Assembly (NCBI RefSeq): GCF_036492835.1
Contig: NZ_AP025314.1
Span: forward strand, 2,210,010 to 2,274,009
Direction of reading: 5' to 3'
Origin: Fulvitalea axinellae
GTDB taxonomy: Bacteria; Bacteroidota; Bacteroidia; Cytophagales; Cyclobacteriaceae
Length of the DNA: 64,000 nucleotides
Shown: positions 39,426 to 48,467 of the stretch, piece after piece
Numbering within the stretch: the first letter of the stretch is position 1
Layout: every line of letters starts with the position of its first letter
Notes under the pieces: generated by a model
The model's database searches: none
What the model was told of the DNA's origin: nothing
What the model saw: the letters and a program-made list of their open reading frames with translations, nothing else
Made by a program: the position numbers and the translations under genes

Positions 39426-40460
39426 ATGCTTGCCGTATTCAGGAGCGGAGGAAAACTCAATTTCTCACAGATTCACCGCTCAATGAAAAGGGATCACGAT
39501 TATTGGCGGGATTTCACAGGTGGTAAAAGTAAGTGTTGTGTGAGCCGTGTTCAACTCCGAAGAATCCTGAAGGATACAGATATACAGGGACTTAAGGCGG
39601 TTGCTGAAACCACTTTTAACGCAAACGAAACTATAGATCCGCAAGCTCTTCAATGGTTTTCGATTGACGGTAAAGAACTCCGGGGGAGTATCGACAAATC
39701 CTCAGGGGACAAACGCGGGGAAAGCGTGGTTCTGGTTACCGCGCAAGAAGATAAAACCAGCAAGGTTGTAGGCTACTATTCGGGTACCAAAGACTCCGAG
39801 CGGGGTATTGTCGACGAATATTTTGAAACTCAATCCGGTCTTTCGGGAACGGCTTATACGATGGATGCCCTTCACAATAATTCCGGGTTACTGGAGGGAA
39901 TCCATGGAAAACGGGGCGTCTACCTTTCACAAATAAAAGGGAACCAGAAAATACTCCGTGAAGACCTTCGAGACATGGAGCGGAGATCAGAATGTTTGGA
40001 TTATAAAAAGACCGTCGAAAAGGGCCATGGCAGGATCGAAACAAGAATATACCGGACCTACCCGGTGGAAACGGGATGCTTGGAGCGTCGCTGGTCGAAT
40101 ACGGGGATGAGCTGCTTCATACGGGTAGACCGTACCCGTAAAGTCGTTAAAACAGGAAAAACATCAAGCGAGACATCATACTACGTCAGCAATATAAATA
40201 CCGGTCTTATTGATCAATACAACTTGCCTAACGCCGTAAGGGGACACTGGTCCGTAGAGGCAAACAATAATATGAGGGATACGAACTTCGGAGAGGACGG
40301 GTTAAGGAGCCTTGTCTCTGGTATACAGCAAAGTGTTTCATGTATTTTGACTGCTGTAATGAATATTTTGATCCAAAGGAACGCTGGTGAAAATATGAAT
40401 GAAATGCGAGAGGAGATCGTAGCAGATATAAATTCTATTCACCAATATTTTAATAGATAG
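39426..40460 (+). CDS. ISAs1-family transposase (DDE); canonical start missing, frame open from approx. 39306
   Basis: ISAs1 signatures are present: SIDGKELRGS, QIKGNQ, EKGHGRIETR, SYYVSN, GHWSVEANNNMRDTNFGED. The upstream in-frame residues (LVDHRNAKGKKHELAFVVLCF) still match the conserved ISAs1 N-terminal block, but there is no ATG before an in-frame stop at 39303. Confidence 0.75.
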   Translation: MLAVFRSGGKLNFSQIHRSMKRDHDYWRDFTGGKSKCCVSRVQLRRILKDTDIQGLKAVAETTFNANETIDPQALQWFSIDGKELRGSIDKSSGDKRGESVVLVTAQEDKTSKVVGYYSGTKDSERGIVDEYFETQSGLSGTAYTMDALHNNSGLLEGIHGKRGVYLSQIKGNQKILREDLRDMERRSECLDYKKTVEKGHGRIETRIYRTYPVETGCLERRWSNTGMSCFIRVDRTRKVVKTGKTSSETSYYVSNINTGLIDQYNLPNAVRGHWSVEANNNMRDTNFGEDGLRSLVSGIQQSVSCILTAVMNILIQRNAGENMNEMREEIVADINSIHQYFNR

Positions 40461-40699
40461 ACCTTTATGAACAAGCCCTGTAGGTGAATCCCAATGGGTT
40501 TTCAAACATGGAAGGTCTTCTATTCAAGCTAAAATACTCGATGTGAAATGGTTAAAAACATTTTTGTCAGGTCATATTAAGGTTGCTCCAGGGGATTCTT
40601 TAAAAGTATTGGTAAAGACTAGTGCTAGCTACAATAAAAATAGGGATCTAATCAATGAAGACAGAAATATTGTTAAAGTAATTGATATAATCCATAAAA

Positions 40700-41116
40700 A
40701 TGAGCAATCAAAAAAATCACCTAGTATCTCTGTCTGAGTTACTTTTTACCGTATTACCCGTAATAATCATATCGATCATATTTTTGTTTGAAGAAAAGTA
40801 TGGGAAATTATTTTATAATACTGAGTGGGCTATTTGTGCAATTATTTTATTTGGTCAGTCAATTGTAAAATTCTCCAGTGGTACAAGTAATTCTCAAAAG
40901 CGTTTCACTTGGCAGAAAATTGCATTGATTATAACTTTAATTATAGTTTTAGGGTTGATACCCTCTATTATTTTTCTTGTTATTAACATTCTTCATAAGG
41001 AAGAAGATCCAAGCTTTTTTTTGCATATGGTTCAAATTATTTGGGCTTTACTAAGTGGAGTTGTGTTTTTTTATATAGGTGGGCTTGGCCAAAAATTTTT
41101 AGAAGAAAAAAACTAA
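40700..41116 (+). CDS. Small polytopic membrane protein (hypothetical, AT-rich)
   Basis: 138 aa with four hydrophobic helices. It is low-GC. Confidence 0.4.
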   Translation: MSNQKNHLVSLSELLFTVLPVIIISIIFLFEEKYGKLFYNTEWAICAIILFGQSIVKFSSGTSNSQKRFTWQKIALIITLIIVLGLIPSIIFLVINILHKEEDPSFFLHMVQIIWALLSGVVFFYIGGLGQKFLEEKN

Positions 41117-41129
41117 TTTTTCTTGACCC

Positions 41130-41190
41130 CGGCTTGCGTCAGTGTGTTTAACGGCCATCGCAAGCATCTTTGCTTGCGACGGCGATGGGA
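41130..41190. repeat. Solo REP-like palindromic element
   Basis: ccggcttgcgtcagtgtgtttaacggccatcgcaagcatctttgcttgcgacggcgatgg shares the gcttgcg...tttaacggccatcgcaag head of the larger repeat units downstream. It carries the hairpin gcaagcatctttgcttgc. Confidence 0.7.
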
Positions 41191-41228
41191 GTTAGTGTCG
41201 TGAGATTGTTTCTTAAATCTACTTTGTT

Positions 41229-41624
41229 TTGAAAATGAGAGTATTGAATGTCGTTGTTGCCTTATGTTTTGGATTTCTGAGCGCTAGTGTTTTTTTCGGA
41301 TGTAATTCATCCAAGATAGTTTCCCAGAAAGCGGAGACGGTTCCTATTGAAAGAATTTTGGATCCAACGAGTAAGTACATAAAGCTTTACATGGGGTTTA
41401 CGGTTACTAAATTTGACACTTTAGCGAATATCAGGGTAGTGAAAGTTATAGGACCTATTGTGGACTCCTTGTTTGTTGATAGTTTGAGTGTCTATGCAGA
41501 GAAGCGTATCAGGGAAGAAAGGTGGACAGCCGGAAAACAGAGAGGGAGAAAAGTTGATGTCGATATCATGTGGCCCCTTCAGTTTGATGCTGAGGAATGG
41601 GGTGGAAAGTTTAGTGATGATTGA
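41229..41624 (+). CDS. Hypothetical small lipoprotein
   Basis: 131 aa with signal peptide and lipobox (LSASVFFGCNSS). It is bracketed by REP-like elements. Confidence 0.5.
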   Translation: MKMRVLNVVVALCFGFLSASVFFGCNSSKIVSQKAETVPIERILDPTSKYIKLYMGFTVTKFDTLANIRVVKVIGPIVDSLFVDSLSVYAEKRIREERWTAGKQRGRKVDVDIMWPLQFDAEEWGGKFSDD

Positions 41625-41638
41625 GTAATTGTTCCCGG

Positions 41639-41805
41639 CTCCAGCTAACCGTATTTAACGGCCATCGCAAGTGTCCACACTTGTGATTTTCATATTAGCA
41701 AGCGTCCACGCTTGCCCGTTCAGTTTTTTCAACCTGGTGTAGGCAAGCGAGGACGCTTGCGGTTTGTATAGTCACAAGTGAAGACACTTGCGACGGCTGT
41801 TAGCC
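41639..41805. repeat. REPIN-like unit 1 (two inverted REP doublets, four hairpins)
   Basis: tttaacggccatcgcaagtgtccacacttgtga...agcaagcgtccacgcttgc...gcaagcgaggacgcttgc...cacaagtgaagacacttgcgacggctgttag. The second half is an inverted copy of the first. Near-identical copies lie at 42190, 42901 and 43698. Confidence 0.8.
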
Positions 41806-41806
41806 T

Positions 41807-42139
41807 TTAGATGACGATCACATCCAGCATACCGCATTGTTCTGTGTAGTAGTCAATTGCGCTACTGTATAAGTAATGTTCAGGGCTAGATACAATGCCC
41901 GCTTTTACCGGATTTTCGTGGATGTATTTGATCTTTTGTCGAACTACTTTAGGCGTGAATAACTCAATAGGGTGGTTGTCTTGTCTCCAGAGTTGGAAGT
42001 GTTTGTTGTTGCTGTTCTTTTTGCCGGCATAGCGGAACGCTCGAAGCATCCATTCCTTTCGGCTCTCCGTTTTGCTGTTGTGTAGTGTCTCGTGAATCTT
42101 TTTGGAAGTGAAGCCCTTCAGGTCCCGAATGGTTTCCAA
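41807..42139 (-). pseudogene. Truncated RAYT (REP-associated tyrosine transposase) copy, C-terminal two thirds only
   Basis: 110 aa, near-identical to residues approx. 75-184 of the intact copy at 43072..43626, with the YIHENPVKAGIVSSPEHYLYSS tyrosine motif retained. The HuH-containing N-terminus is replaced by REPIN sequence: after gtgggcgtg the sequence jumps to attgctcccccggctcgcgccagcatgtttaacgg. Confidence 0.75.
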
Positions 42140-42189
42140 AGTTGGGGAGTGTCTTTAGCGCGTCGCGCCACCAAGTGGGCGTGATTGCT

Positions 42190-42358
42190 CCCCCGGCTCG
42201 CGCCAGCATGTTTAACGGCCATCGCAAGTGTCCACACTTGTGATTTTTATATTAGCAAGCGTCCTCGCTTGCCCGTTCAGCATTTCCAATCTGGAGTGTG
42301 CAAGCGAGGACGCTTGCGGTTTGTATAGTCACAAGTGAAGACACTTGCGACGACTGTT
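42190..42358. repeat. REPIN-like unit 2
   Basis: cgcgccagcatgtttaacggccatcgcaagtgtccacacttgtgatttttatattagcaagcgtcctcgcttgc...gcaagcgaggacgcttgcggtttgtatagtcacaagtgaagacacttgcgacgactgttgg. Confidence 0.8.
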
Positions 42359-42951
42359 GGCGTGGAAAGGCTAAAAATATCTTTGTGAAATACAGGTTAA
42401 ATATAGAATCGTTGAGTCAATTGGAGCCATGCAAGAAGAGTTTCGATTATGACTCAGAGTATGATGACTTTAGTTCAATCTCTTCCGATATATCTGATGT
42501 TCTACATGAAATGGGAGTGGTGTTCCAGCTTCAAGTTGATAATGTTGAAATTCCGATCTTCATATGGGGAGACTTTGAATATTTTCTTGATGGATTTTAT
42601 GAGTATGCGGGATTTCTTTTCTCTAATCAGAAAAGCGAATTCATGTTTGAGTTACTTGAGCAAGGCATAGAGACACAAGTTTGTTTTTCGATTGAAGATG
42701 ATAGGGTAAAAGTAAGTGAAGAGAATTTTTATATGGGAAGTTATTATGTGAAAATGAATGAATTGAGATCTGACTTTAAGCGGTTCTTTAAAGAGTTTAT
42801 TTCACTAATTGATCTACTTATTCCAGGGATAAGTTTACATACTTGGTTTAAGCAATGGCGAGAGGGTATTCAGTCAATTATAAATGATGTCCACGGCTCT
42901 CCGGCTTGCGCCAGCTTGTTTAACGGCCATCGCAAGTGTCCACACTTGTGA
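42298..42951 (+). CDS. Hypothetical acidic protein whose predicted ends are encoded by REPIN sequence (real start probably internal, e.g. approx. 42511)
   Basis: 217-aa ORF. The central part is AT-rich with D/E/F/Y-rich sequence and no motifs. The first approx. 20 and last approx. 17 codons lie inside REPIN units 2 and 3, so the termini are probably artefactual or altered by repeat insertion. Confidence 0.3.
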   Translation: MQARTLAVCIVTSEDTCDDCWRGKAKNIFVKYRLNIESLSQLEPCKKSFDYDSEYDDFSSISSDISDVLHEMGVVFQLQVDNVEIPIFIWGDFEYFLDGFYEYAGFLFSNQKSEFMFELLEQGIETQVCFSIEDDRVKVSEENFYMGSYYVKMNELRSDFKRFFKEFISLIDLLIPGISLHTWFKQWREGIQSIINDVHGSPACASLFNGHRKCPHL

Positions 42952-43070
42952 TTTTTATATTAGCAAGCGTCCACGCTTGCCCGTTCAGTTTTTTCAATCT
43001 GGTGTGTGCAAGCGAGGACGCTTGCGGTTTGTATAGTCACAAGTGAAGACACTTGCGACGGCTGTTAGCC
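42901..43070. repeat. REPIN-like unit 3 (abuts the RAYT stop codon)
   Basis: ccggcttgcgccagcttgtttaacggccatcgcaagtgtccacacttgtgatttttatattagcaagcgtccacgcttgcccgttcag...gcaagcgaggacgcttgcggtttgtatagtcacaagtgaagacacttgcgacggctgttagcc. Confidence 0.8.
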
Positions 43071-43071
43071 T

Positions 43072-43626
43072 TTAGATGACGATCACATCCAGCATACCGC
43101 GCTGTTCTGTGTAGTAGTCAATTGCGCTACTGTATAAGTAATGTTCAGGGCTAGATACAATGCCCGCTTTTACCGGATTTTCGTGGATGTATTTGATCTT
43201 TTGTCGAACTACTTTAGGCGTGAACAACTCAATAGGGTGGTTGTCTTGTCTCCAGAGTTGGAAGTGTTTATTGTTGCTGTTCTTTTTGCCGGCATAGCGG
43301 AACGCTCGAAGCATCCATTTCTTTCGGCTCTCCGTATTGCAGTTGTGTAGTGTCTCGTGAATCTTTTTGGAAGTGAAGCCTTTCAGGTCCCGAATGGTTT
43401 CCCAAAGTTGTGGAGTGTCTTTAGCGCGTCGCGCCACCAAGTGGGCGTGGTTGCTCATCAGGCACCAGCTGAAAATCTCCAGACCTTTGTTCGTTTGGCA
43501 ATAGCGCAGGTTTTCCACAAAAATATCTTTGTAGACGGGGCGTGTGAAGACGTCGATCCAATGTACTGTGGCGAAGCTGATGAAATATAAGCCTTCCGGG
43601 TTTCGGAACTTGTATGCTGTGCTCAT
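43072..43626 (-). CDS. IS200-like Y1 (HuH) transposase of the REP-associated tyrosine transposase (RAYT) type, intact
   Basis: 184 aa. The HuH motif is SNHAHLV and the C-terminal RAYT signature is YIHENPVKAGIVSSPEHYLYSS (compare YxxxNPVxAGLV...YPWSS). It is flanked on both sides by REPIN units 3 and 4. Confidence 0.85.
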   Translation of the reverse strand: MSTAYKFRNPEGLYFISFATVHWIDVFTRPVYKDIFVENLRYCQTNKGLEIFSWCLMSNHAHLVARRAKDTPQLWETIRDLKGFTSKKIHETLHNCNTESRKKWMLRAFRYAGKKNSNNKHFQLWRQDNHPIELFTPKVVRQKIKYIHENPVKAGIVSSPEHYLYSSAIDYYTEQRGMLDVIVI

Positions 43627-43697
43627 TCTTCTGAATGGTCAAAGACTGTTCCTTATTGTGGGTTTATACACATTGGGAAGAATGTGATATATATGCC

Positions 43698-43862
43698 CTG
43701 GCCTGCACCAGTGTGCTTAATGGCCATCGCAAGTGTCCACACTTGTGATTTTTATATTAGCAAGCGTCCTCGCTTGCCCATCTAGCCTTTCCAATACGGT
43801 CGAGGCAAGCGAGGACGCTTGCAGTTTTTTTGTCACAAGCGAAGACGCTTGCGACGGCGTGG
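43698..43862. repeat. REPIN-like unit 4
   Basis: ctggcctgcaccagtgtgcttaatggccatcgcaagtgtccacacttgtgatttttatattagcaagcgtcctcgcttgcc...gcaagcgaggacgcttgcagtttttttgtcacaagcgaagacgcttgcgacggcgtgg. Confidence 0.8.
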
Positions 43863-44076
43863 GTAAATTCTGAAGGCAAAATTCCAGCGACTACTCGTGA
43901 GGAATTGCAACACTTTCTATAATCTCTAAACCGAAGGAAAACCGGTCTCGAAAAATCGAATGGCTAATCAACACTCCCGGAAAAGATGAATAAAAACTCG
44001 GCGGTTTCGGGAAAACACTAAAAAAGCCCCGCCAAAAGGCAGGACCATATAAGAATAGGGGGAATAAACCCTTGGT

Positions 44077-44679
44077 TTAGGCGCACCTCTCCCGGAGTTC
44101 GGAATATATCCGCCTTGCCTTAGAGCGCTTTGGTCGTGTTTCGGTCTTCGGTTCCGGTTTCTTTTTGACTTTCGGGCTGTCGTCGTAGAGGCCTTTGCGG
44201 TATAGCTCTGGGTGGTACTTGGCCACATAGAGGCGCAAAGCAGGACGCATCAGCGTAGGATTAATGGGTTTTATGCCGCAGTGATACAGGCTTTTGCGCC
44301 GAATACGGCAATATATCCGGTACGATAATCTGCCGTAGCGCCAATATTGGTCGCAAATATCGTCGGAGGCCCAGACAACCAGCAAGCGATCGGGGCCGGA
44401 GCGTTTTCGTCCTGCTATCGGAGGAAATACGGCACGCGCGGGCGAGCCTTTTCTTTCATTGGTAGTCGCCAAATACTTCCGGGCTTGATAAAGCTTGTGG
44501 GCGTTTTCGGCGGTGTAAACTCCCATAAAGTCATTACGGCGCAATTCGCGGGAGACAGTCGATGGGTTTATGCCCAGCCACTTCGCCACTTGGCGTATGG
44601 ACATGCCCTTGGCTTTGCATCTTTGTATCCAGATGCGGTCTGTCAGGTTTAGGTGCCGGTATTTGCCTTTTACCATCAT
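44077..44679 (-). pseudogene. IS30-family transposase remnant (N-terminal HTH region only, DDE domain absent)
   Basis: LTDRIWIQRCKAKGMSIRQVAKWLGINPSTVSRELRRN is the IS30 HTH signature, followed by an IS30-like linker (IAGRKR...SYRIYCRIRRKS). The ORF stops at approx. 200 aa with no DDE catalytic region. Confidence 0.7.
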
Positions 44680-44994
44680 CGGTTATGTAAGAGCAAAATG
44701 TTTGCCTTGCCAAACCCGTGTAACAACTTGAAAATGTAAGGAATCGGGGCACCAAAAACGAGTTGAAAAACTGTTTCCCCCAGCACGCTTTAGCGTGTTT
44801 AACGGTCATTGTAAGGTACAGTTTTTGAAAATAAGCAAAACTATATTCCTATATTTACGGCACCAGAAAAGAGGGAGTTTGGTTTTTGATATTCAGACAT
44901 CTTACGACGGAATCGTAAAACCTTTTGTTCTCTTATAAAGAAAAAATCACTTTCAATAACTTGGATTGAACGGCCACGTAGGTTTTCGTTTTTA

Positions 44995-45163
44995 CAGACA
45001 CCATCTTAAGGTCTCCAAACCTGTGTTTTCTTGGCAATGCCGAAGGCTTTCAACTAATATATTGTTGTAAGTTGGACGGGTGAACAGGTCTATCCAGTGT
45101 ACTGTGCCGAAGCTGATAAAATATAAACCTTCAGGGTTGCGGAGTTTATAGGATGTACTCATC
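44995..45163 (-). pseudogene. 5' fragment of a third, diverged RAYT copy
   Basis: The reverse strand translates to MSTSYKLRNPEGLYFISFGTVHWIDLFTRPTYNNILVESLRHCQENTGLETLRWC, matching the first approx. 55 residues of the intact RAYT. Similarity then ends before the HuH motif. Confidence 0.6.
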
Positions 45164-45914
45164 TTGGTGTTTTGGCAAGGATCATTACTTGGTCGTGGAG
45201 GTAAGGTCGGGTACTTGTTGTTTGATGTATCGCAAATAGGGCCCCTTGTAACGACGCTTATTCATTTTTTTTCGTAAAATTTTAATTTTGAAAGATTTTT
45301 TAGGAGAGGCCAACAAGTTGTTCTCGAAAATCAAATTGGAATATGTAAAGGGTGTTGATCTAGTGTTCGCTGTAGTGTTCCTGTCTGTGTTTTTTAACAA
45401 AGGATCACAGAAAAAATTCGATTTATTTAAAAACGCCTCGATAAGCAAAGCTTATGTATATAGGTCGACTTCTTCCTGAAAAAAGGTGCTACAAGTATAA
45501 GTTTGAAACGTACTCGGGTGATGTAAGGTACGGTAATGTCAGTCGAAATGCGACTGTGAGTACTGGGTGACATTACTTGGTTTTATATATAACGGAGAGG
45601 AGTTTGTGCTGTTGGTTGATCGTCCCATGGGCAAAGAGGATGAACTGGACGTTATGAGGGATGAGATTTCGGATTATGAGATTAGGCAAGCGATGCTGTA
45701 TGGAGTGGTATAATATGTACGCTTATATCTTAGCTACTGTAGGTGTTCGAGCTTTTATTATACAGCAAGGTTAGTTCAAAAGCTTCTGGTTTGGTGTGTC
45801 ACAAGCAAATATGCTTGCTTTGAAGGGAAGGAGTGCGGTGTTGTTTTTCTTTCATGTCATATAAAAATATCCAAAGTAATTGCCCGAAATATATTATTTA
45901 TTACTTTTAAAATA

Positions 45915-45963
45915 TAAATAAAATAAAAATAAAATAAAAATAAAATAAAAATAAAATAAAAAT
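45915..45963. repeat. 11-bp microsatellite (aaaaataaaat x approx. 4.5) immediately upstream of the 45974 gene
   Basis: aaataaaataaaaataaaataaaaataaaataaaaataaaataaaaat ends approx. 10 bp before the ATG at 45974. Confidence 0.85.
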
Positions 45964-45973
45964 ATTTTGCGTT

Positions 45974-47566
45974 ATGATGAGATGTTTGTTTGTTGTCTCG
46001 TGTTTCTTTGTTTTTTTAGGAGCGAAGGCTCAGAGTAAAATTGATTATACCGTAAGCCGGCCATATCATGATGACTTATTATTGGTTAAGATGCTGGCAC
46101 ATGATACAGAAGATTATGTCCTTTTTATAAGAAGGGATAAGAATAAAGTCGGTATACAGCTTTTTAACTATTCGGAGATGAAAATGGTGGCTAATAATTA
46201 CTATAAAGACCTCCCCAAGGACTTTCGAATAGAAGCCGTGCGGAAAATGGATGGACGAGCCTATCTTTTTTATTCGGTTGAAAAGTCGTCGCAACAACGG
46301 CTTTTCGCCAGAGAAATAGATATGAATCAGGGAGTGTTTGTTGGTCTTGAAAAAACAATATTTGACTTCAAGAAAGAGGTAGTTGCCCCACAATCTAGAC
46401 AACGCAACGATGCTGTCATCAGTCCGAGTTTAATGAATAGGAAATTTGACTTTTCTTTGTCTCATGATGAACGGAAGCTGATGGTCTATTGTCAAGTGAA
46501 AAAAGATGGCGGAAAAAAAGTTCGGAAAAACGTTCAGTTAGCGTATAAGGTATTTGACCCATCTTTGGGTGTGTTGCGTAAAGGCGAAGTGTCAATCAAG
46601 AATCTTGTTAAAAAAACACAGGCATTGGGTGGGCAAGTTAATAAGGACGGTATCCCCTTTTTTGTCACGTCGGATTACACTGGGTTACACCTTTACAAAG
46701 TATCTCCCGAACTGAAGATTTTGCATACGTTAGAGCATATGGGGTATGATAGGGGGAAAACAGTTTGTTTAGCGGACAACTCCAGTCAAGAGATAGTAAT
46801 TGTGGCTAATTATGTAATGACTAGAGAGAAGAAGCAGAAAGGTCTTTCTGATATTGTTCTGGGAACACACTATGCGAGATTTGATTCAGAGGGTAAGAAA
46901 CTTAAGGATTCGGCAGAAGAATTTCCTAAAAGCTTATTGAAAAAGTCATGGAATACAAAAATGATATTTTGTGAGATGCTAGGGCTTCAGTTGTTTGGTG
47001 AAGATCAGTTTTTGGCGATAAATGAGGAAAGAGCCGTAAACATCAGTTATAGCCTTCAACCAAAATCTGGAGGGAATGCAACAGGGTTTGAGAATAAACG
47101 TGATCAAATGGCTCTCGGGGGTGATTATGTAATAACGGCAAAGGATTCAGAAGGAAATACGAAATGGGTACGGCGGTTACCCAAAAATCAAATTCCACAT
47201 GCTTGGCATCGACTTACGGCGGGTATGAAGCACTTAGATATGGGCGAGAGTCATTATTTTGTGTTTATAGACCATAAAGTGAATGAAGGTGTTTTGAACG
47301 GAGCTGAGAATAAGAAAATAAAGTCTTATTTGACGGGACAGAAGTCAGGAATTGTTTATGCTTATCAGGTGGAGAAAGAGAGCGGGAGGGTTTATAGGCA
47401 TAGGCTGTTCGATAAGCGTAATTTGAGAAAAGGCCTTAAGGGTACCGACTTTAAGATGAACCGGATTACAAAATTGAATGAAAAAGAATTTTTAATAGAA
47501 TTGAGCAGAGGTAGTTCGAGTTCGTTTGTTGTCAAAGTGAGCGTTAATGAAGGAAGTGCGTTATAA
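45974..47566 (+). CDS. Hypothetical secreted protein, AT-rich (island cargo)
   Basis: 530 aa with signal peptide MMRCLFVVSCFFVFLGAKAQ. It is low-GC and K/N-rich with no catalytic motifs recognised. Confidence 0.6.
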   Translation: MMRCLFVVSCFFVFLGAKAQSKIDYTVSRPYHDDLLLVKMLAHDTEDYVLFIRRDKNKVGIQLFNYSEMKMVANNYYKDLPKDFRIEAVRKMDGRAYLFYSVEKSSQQRLFAREIDMNQGVFVGLEKTIFDFKKEVVAPQSRQRNDAVISPSLMNRKFDFSLSHDERKLMVYCQVKKDGGKKVRKNVQLAYKVFDPSLGVLRKGEVSIKNLVKKTQALGGQVNKDGIPFFVTSDYTGLHLYKVSPELKILHTLEHMGYDRGKTVCLADNSSQEIVIVANYVMTREKKQKGLSDIVLGTHYARFDSEGKKLKDSAEEFPKSLLKKSWNTKMIFCEMLGLQLFGEDQFLAINEERAVNISYSLQPKSGGNATGFENKRDQMALGGDYVITAKDSEGNTKWVRRLPKNQIPHAWHRLTAGMKHLDMGESHYFVFIDHKVNEGVLNGAENKKIKSYLTGQKSGIVYAYQVEKESGRVYRHRLFDKRNLRKGLKGTDFKMNRITKLNEKEFLIELSRGSSSSFVVKVSVNEGSAL

Positions 47567-47843
47567 CCCTCCTTCGAAACGATTTGTGATGTATTGGAGC
47601 GCCAACATTACCAAGATCACCCGGGTAATGTTGACACTTTTGTTTTAATTGCTTGTATACAAGTTTAGAATCTTAGGGTTGGTCTGTGGTAATTCTAAAA
47701 CTCTCCTGACATAAGGCTGTCATCAGGGCGATCTAAATTTATGAAACGTTAAAATGGATGATTAGTCAGTTACTTTTAATGAATTCAATTCTCCTTCTTG
47801 TAGAAGGCTAAATCAGATCTTAAAAATACAAACAGTCAGACTT

Positions 47844-48305
47844 ATGAGTAATCAAATGATCCAAACGTTTCATGTAGTCGGTATTTCTGTAAGAACAATT
47901 AATGAGAATGGCCAGGCCATGAAAGACATCGAGGCTTTGTGGGGAAGATTTTGGGGAGAGGGAATCGAGAAACAAATTCCTAACAAGGTGAATGATGATA
48001 TCTATGCGGTATACACCGATTATGTGACTGACCATACGGGACCATATACTACCATTATTGGAGTGCTGGTCAATTCGTTGGCAGATATTCCAGATGGCTT
48101 CGTGGGGGTGACTATTGAGGCAGACCACTACAAAAAGTATGTTTCAAAAGGGAAGATGCCAGAGGCGGTAGTCCATACTTGGATGGAAATATGGGAGGAT
48201 GAAAAATTGGATCGGTCTTATAAAGCGGATTTTACTGTTCACGGTGAAAAATACCACAACGGTAATGAAGCTGAGGTTGAGACTTTTATTTCTGTGCAGG
48301 AGTGA
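47844..48305 (+). CDS. GyrI-like small-molecule-binding domain protein
   Basis: 153 aa. IQTFHVVGISVRT...ALWGRFW...YAVYTDY...AEVETFISVQE is the canonical GyrI-like/AraC-effector-binding pattern. Confidence 0.7.
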   Translation: MSNQMIQTFHVVGISVRTINENGQAMKDIEALWGRFWGEGIEKQIPNKVNDDIYAVYTDYVTDHTGPYTTIIGVLVNSLADIPDGFVGVTIEADHYKKYVSKGKMPEAVVHTWMEIWEDEKLDRSYKADFTVHGEKYHNGNEAEVETFISVQE

Positions 48306-48467
48306 ACCTCGAGTGTGACTTAAAGATTATTTTGACCTTCAGGAATGTTTCTGAGGGTGTTTTTTAGTTTAGAAATTTGTCTAGCGAAGATGTCAATCTT
48401 TAGTAATAATTGCTTGCAGAAAATATATAAAAGGCATTTCTGGTGTTAATGCTAAGTTGGTTGATTC

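Noticed and set aside
40543-40737. 64-aa ORF preceding the small membrane protein
   Set aside because: It is short with no motif and overlaps the start of 40700..41116. It could be a leader peptide or a remnant, but there is insufficient evidence to call it.
41639-43862. Possible CRISPR array, suggested by regularly spaced near-identical repeats
   Set aside because: The repeats are approx. 165-bp palindromic units separated by 350-600 bp of coding sequence, not 25-40-bp repeats with uniform spacers. No cas genes are present. The association with a HuH/Y1 RAYT fits REP/REPIN elements instead.
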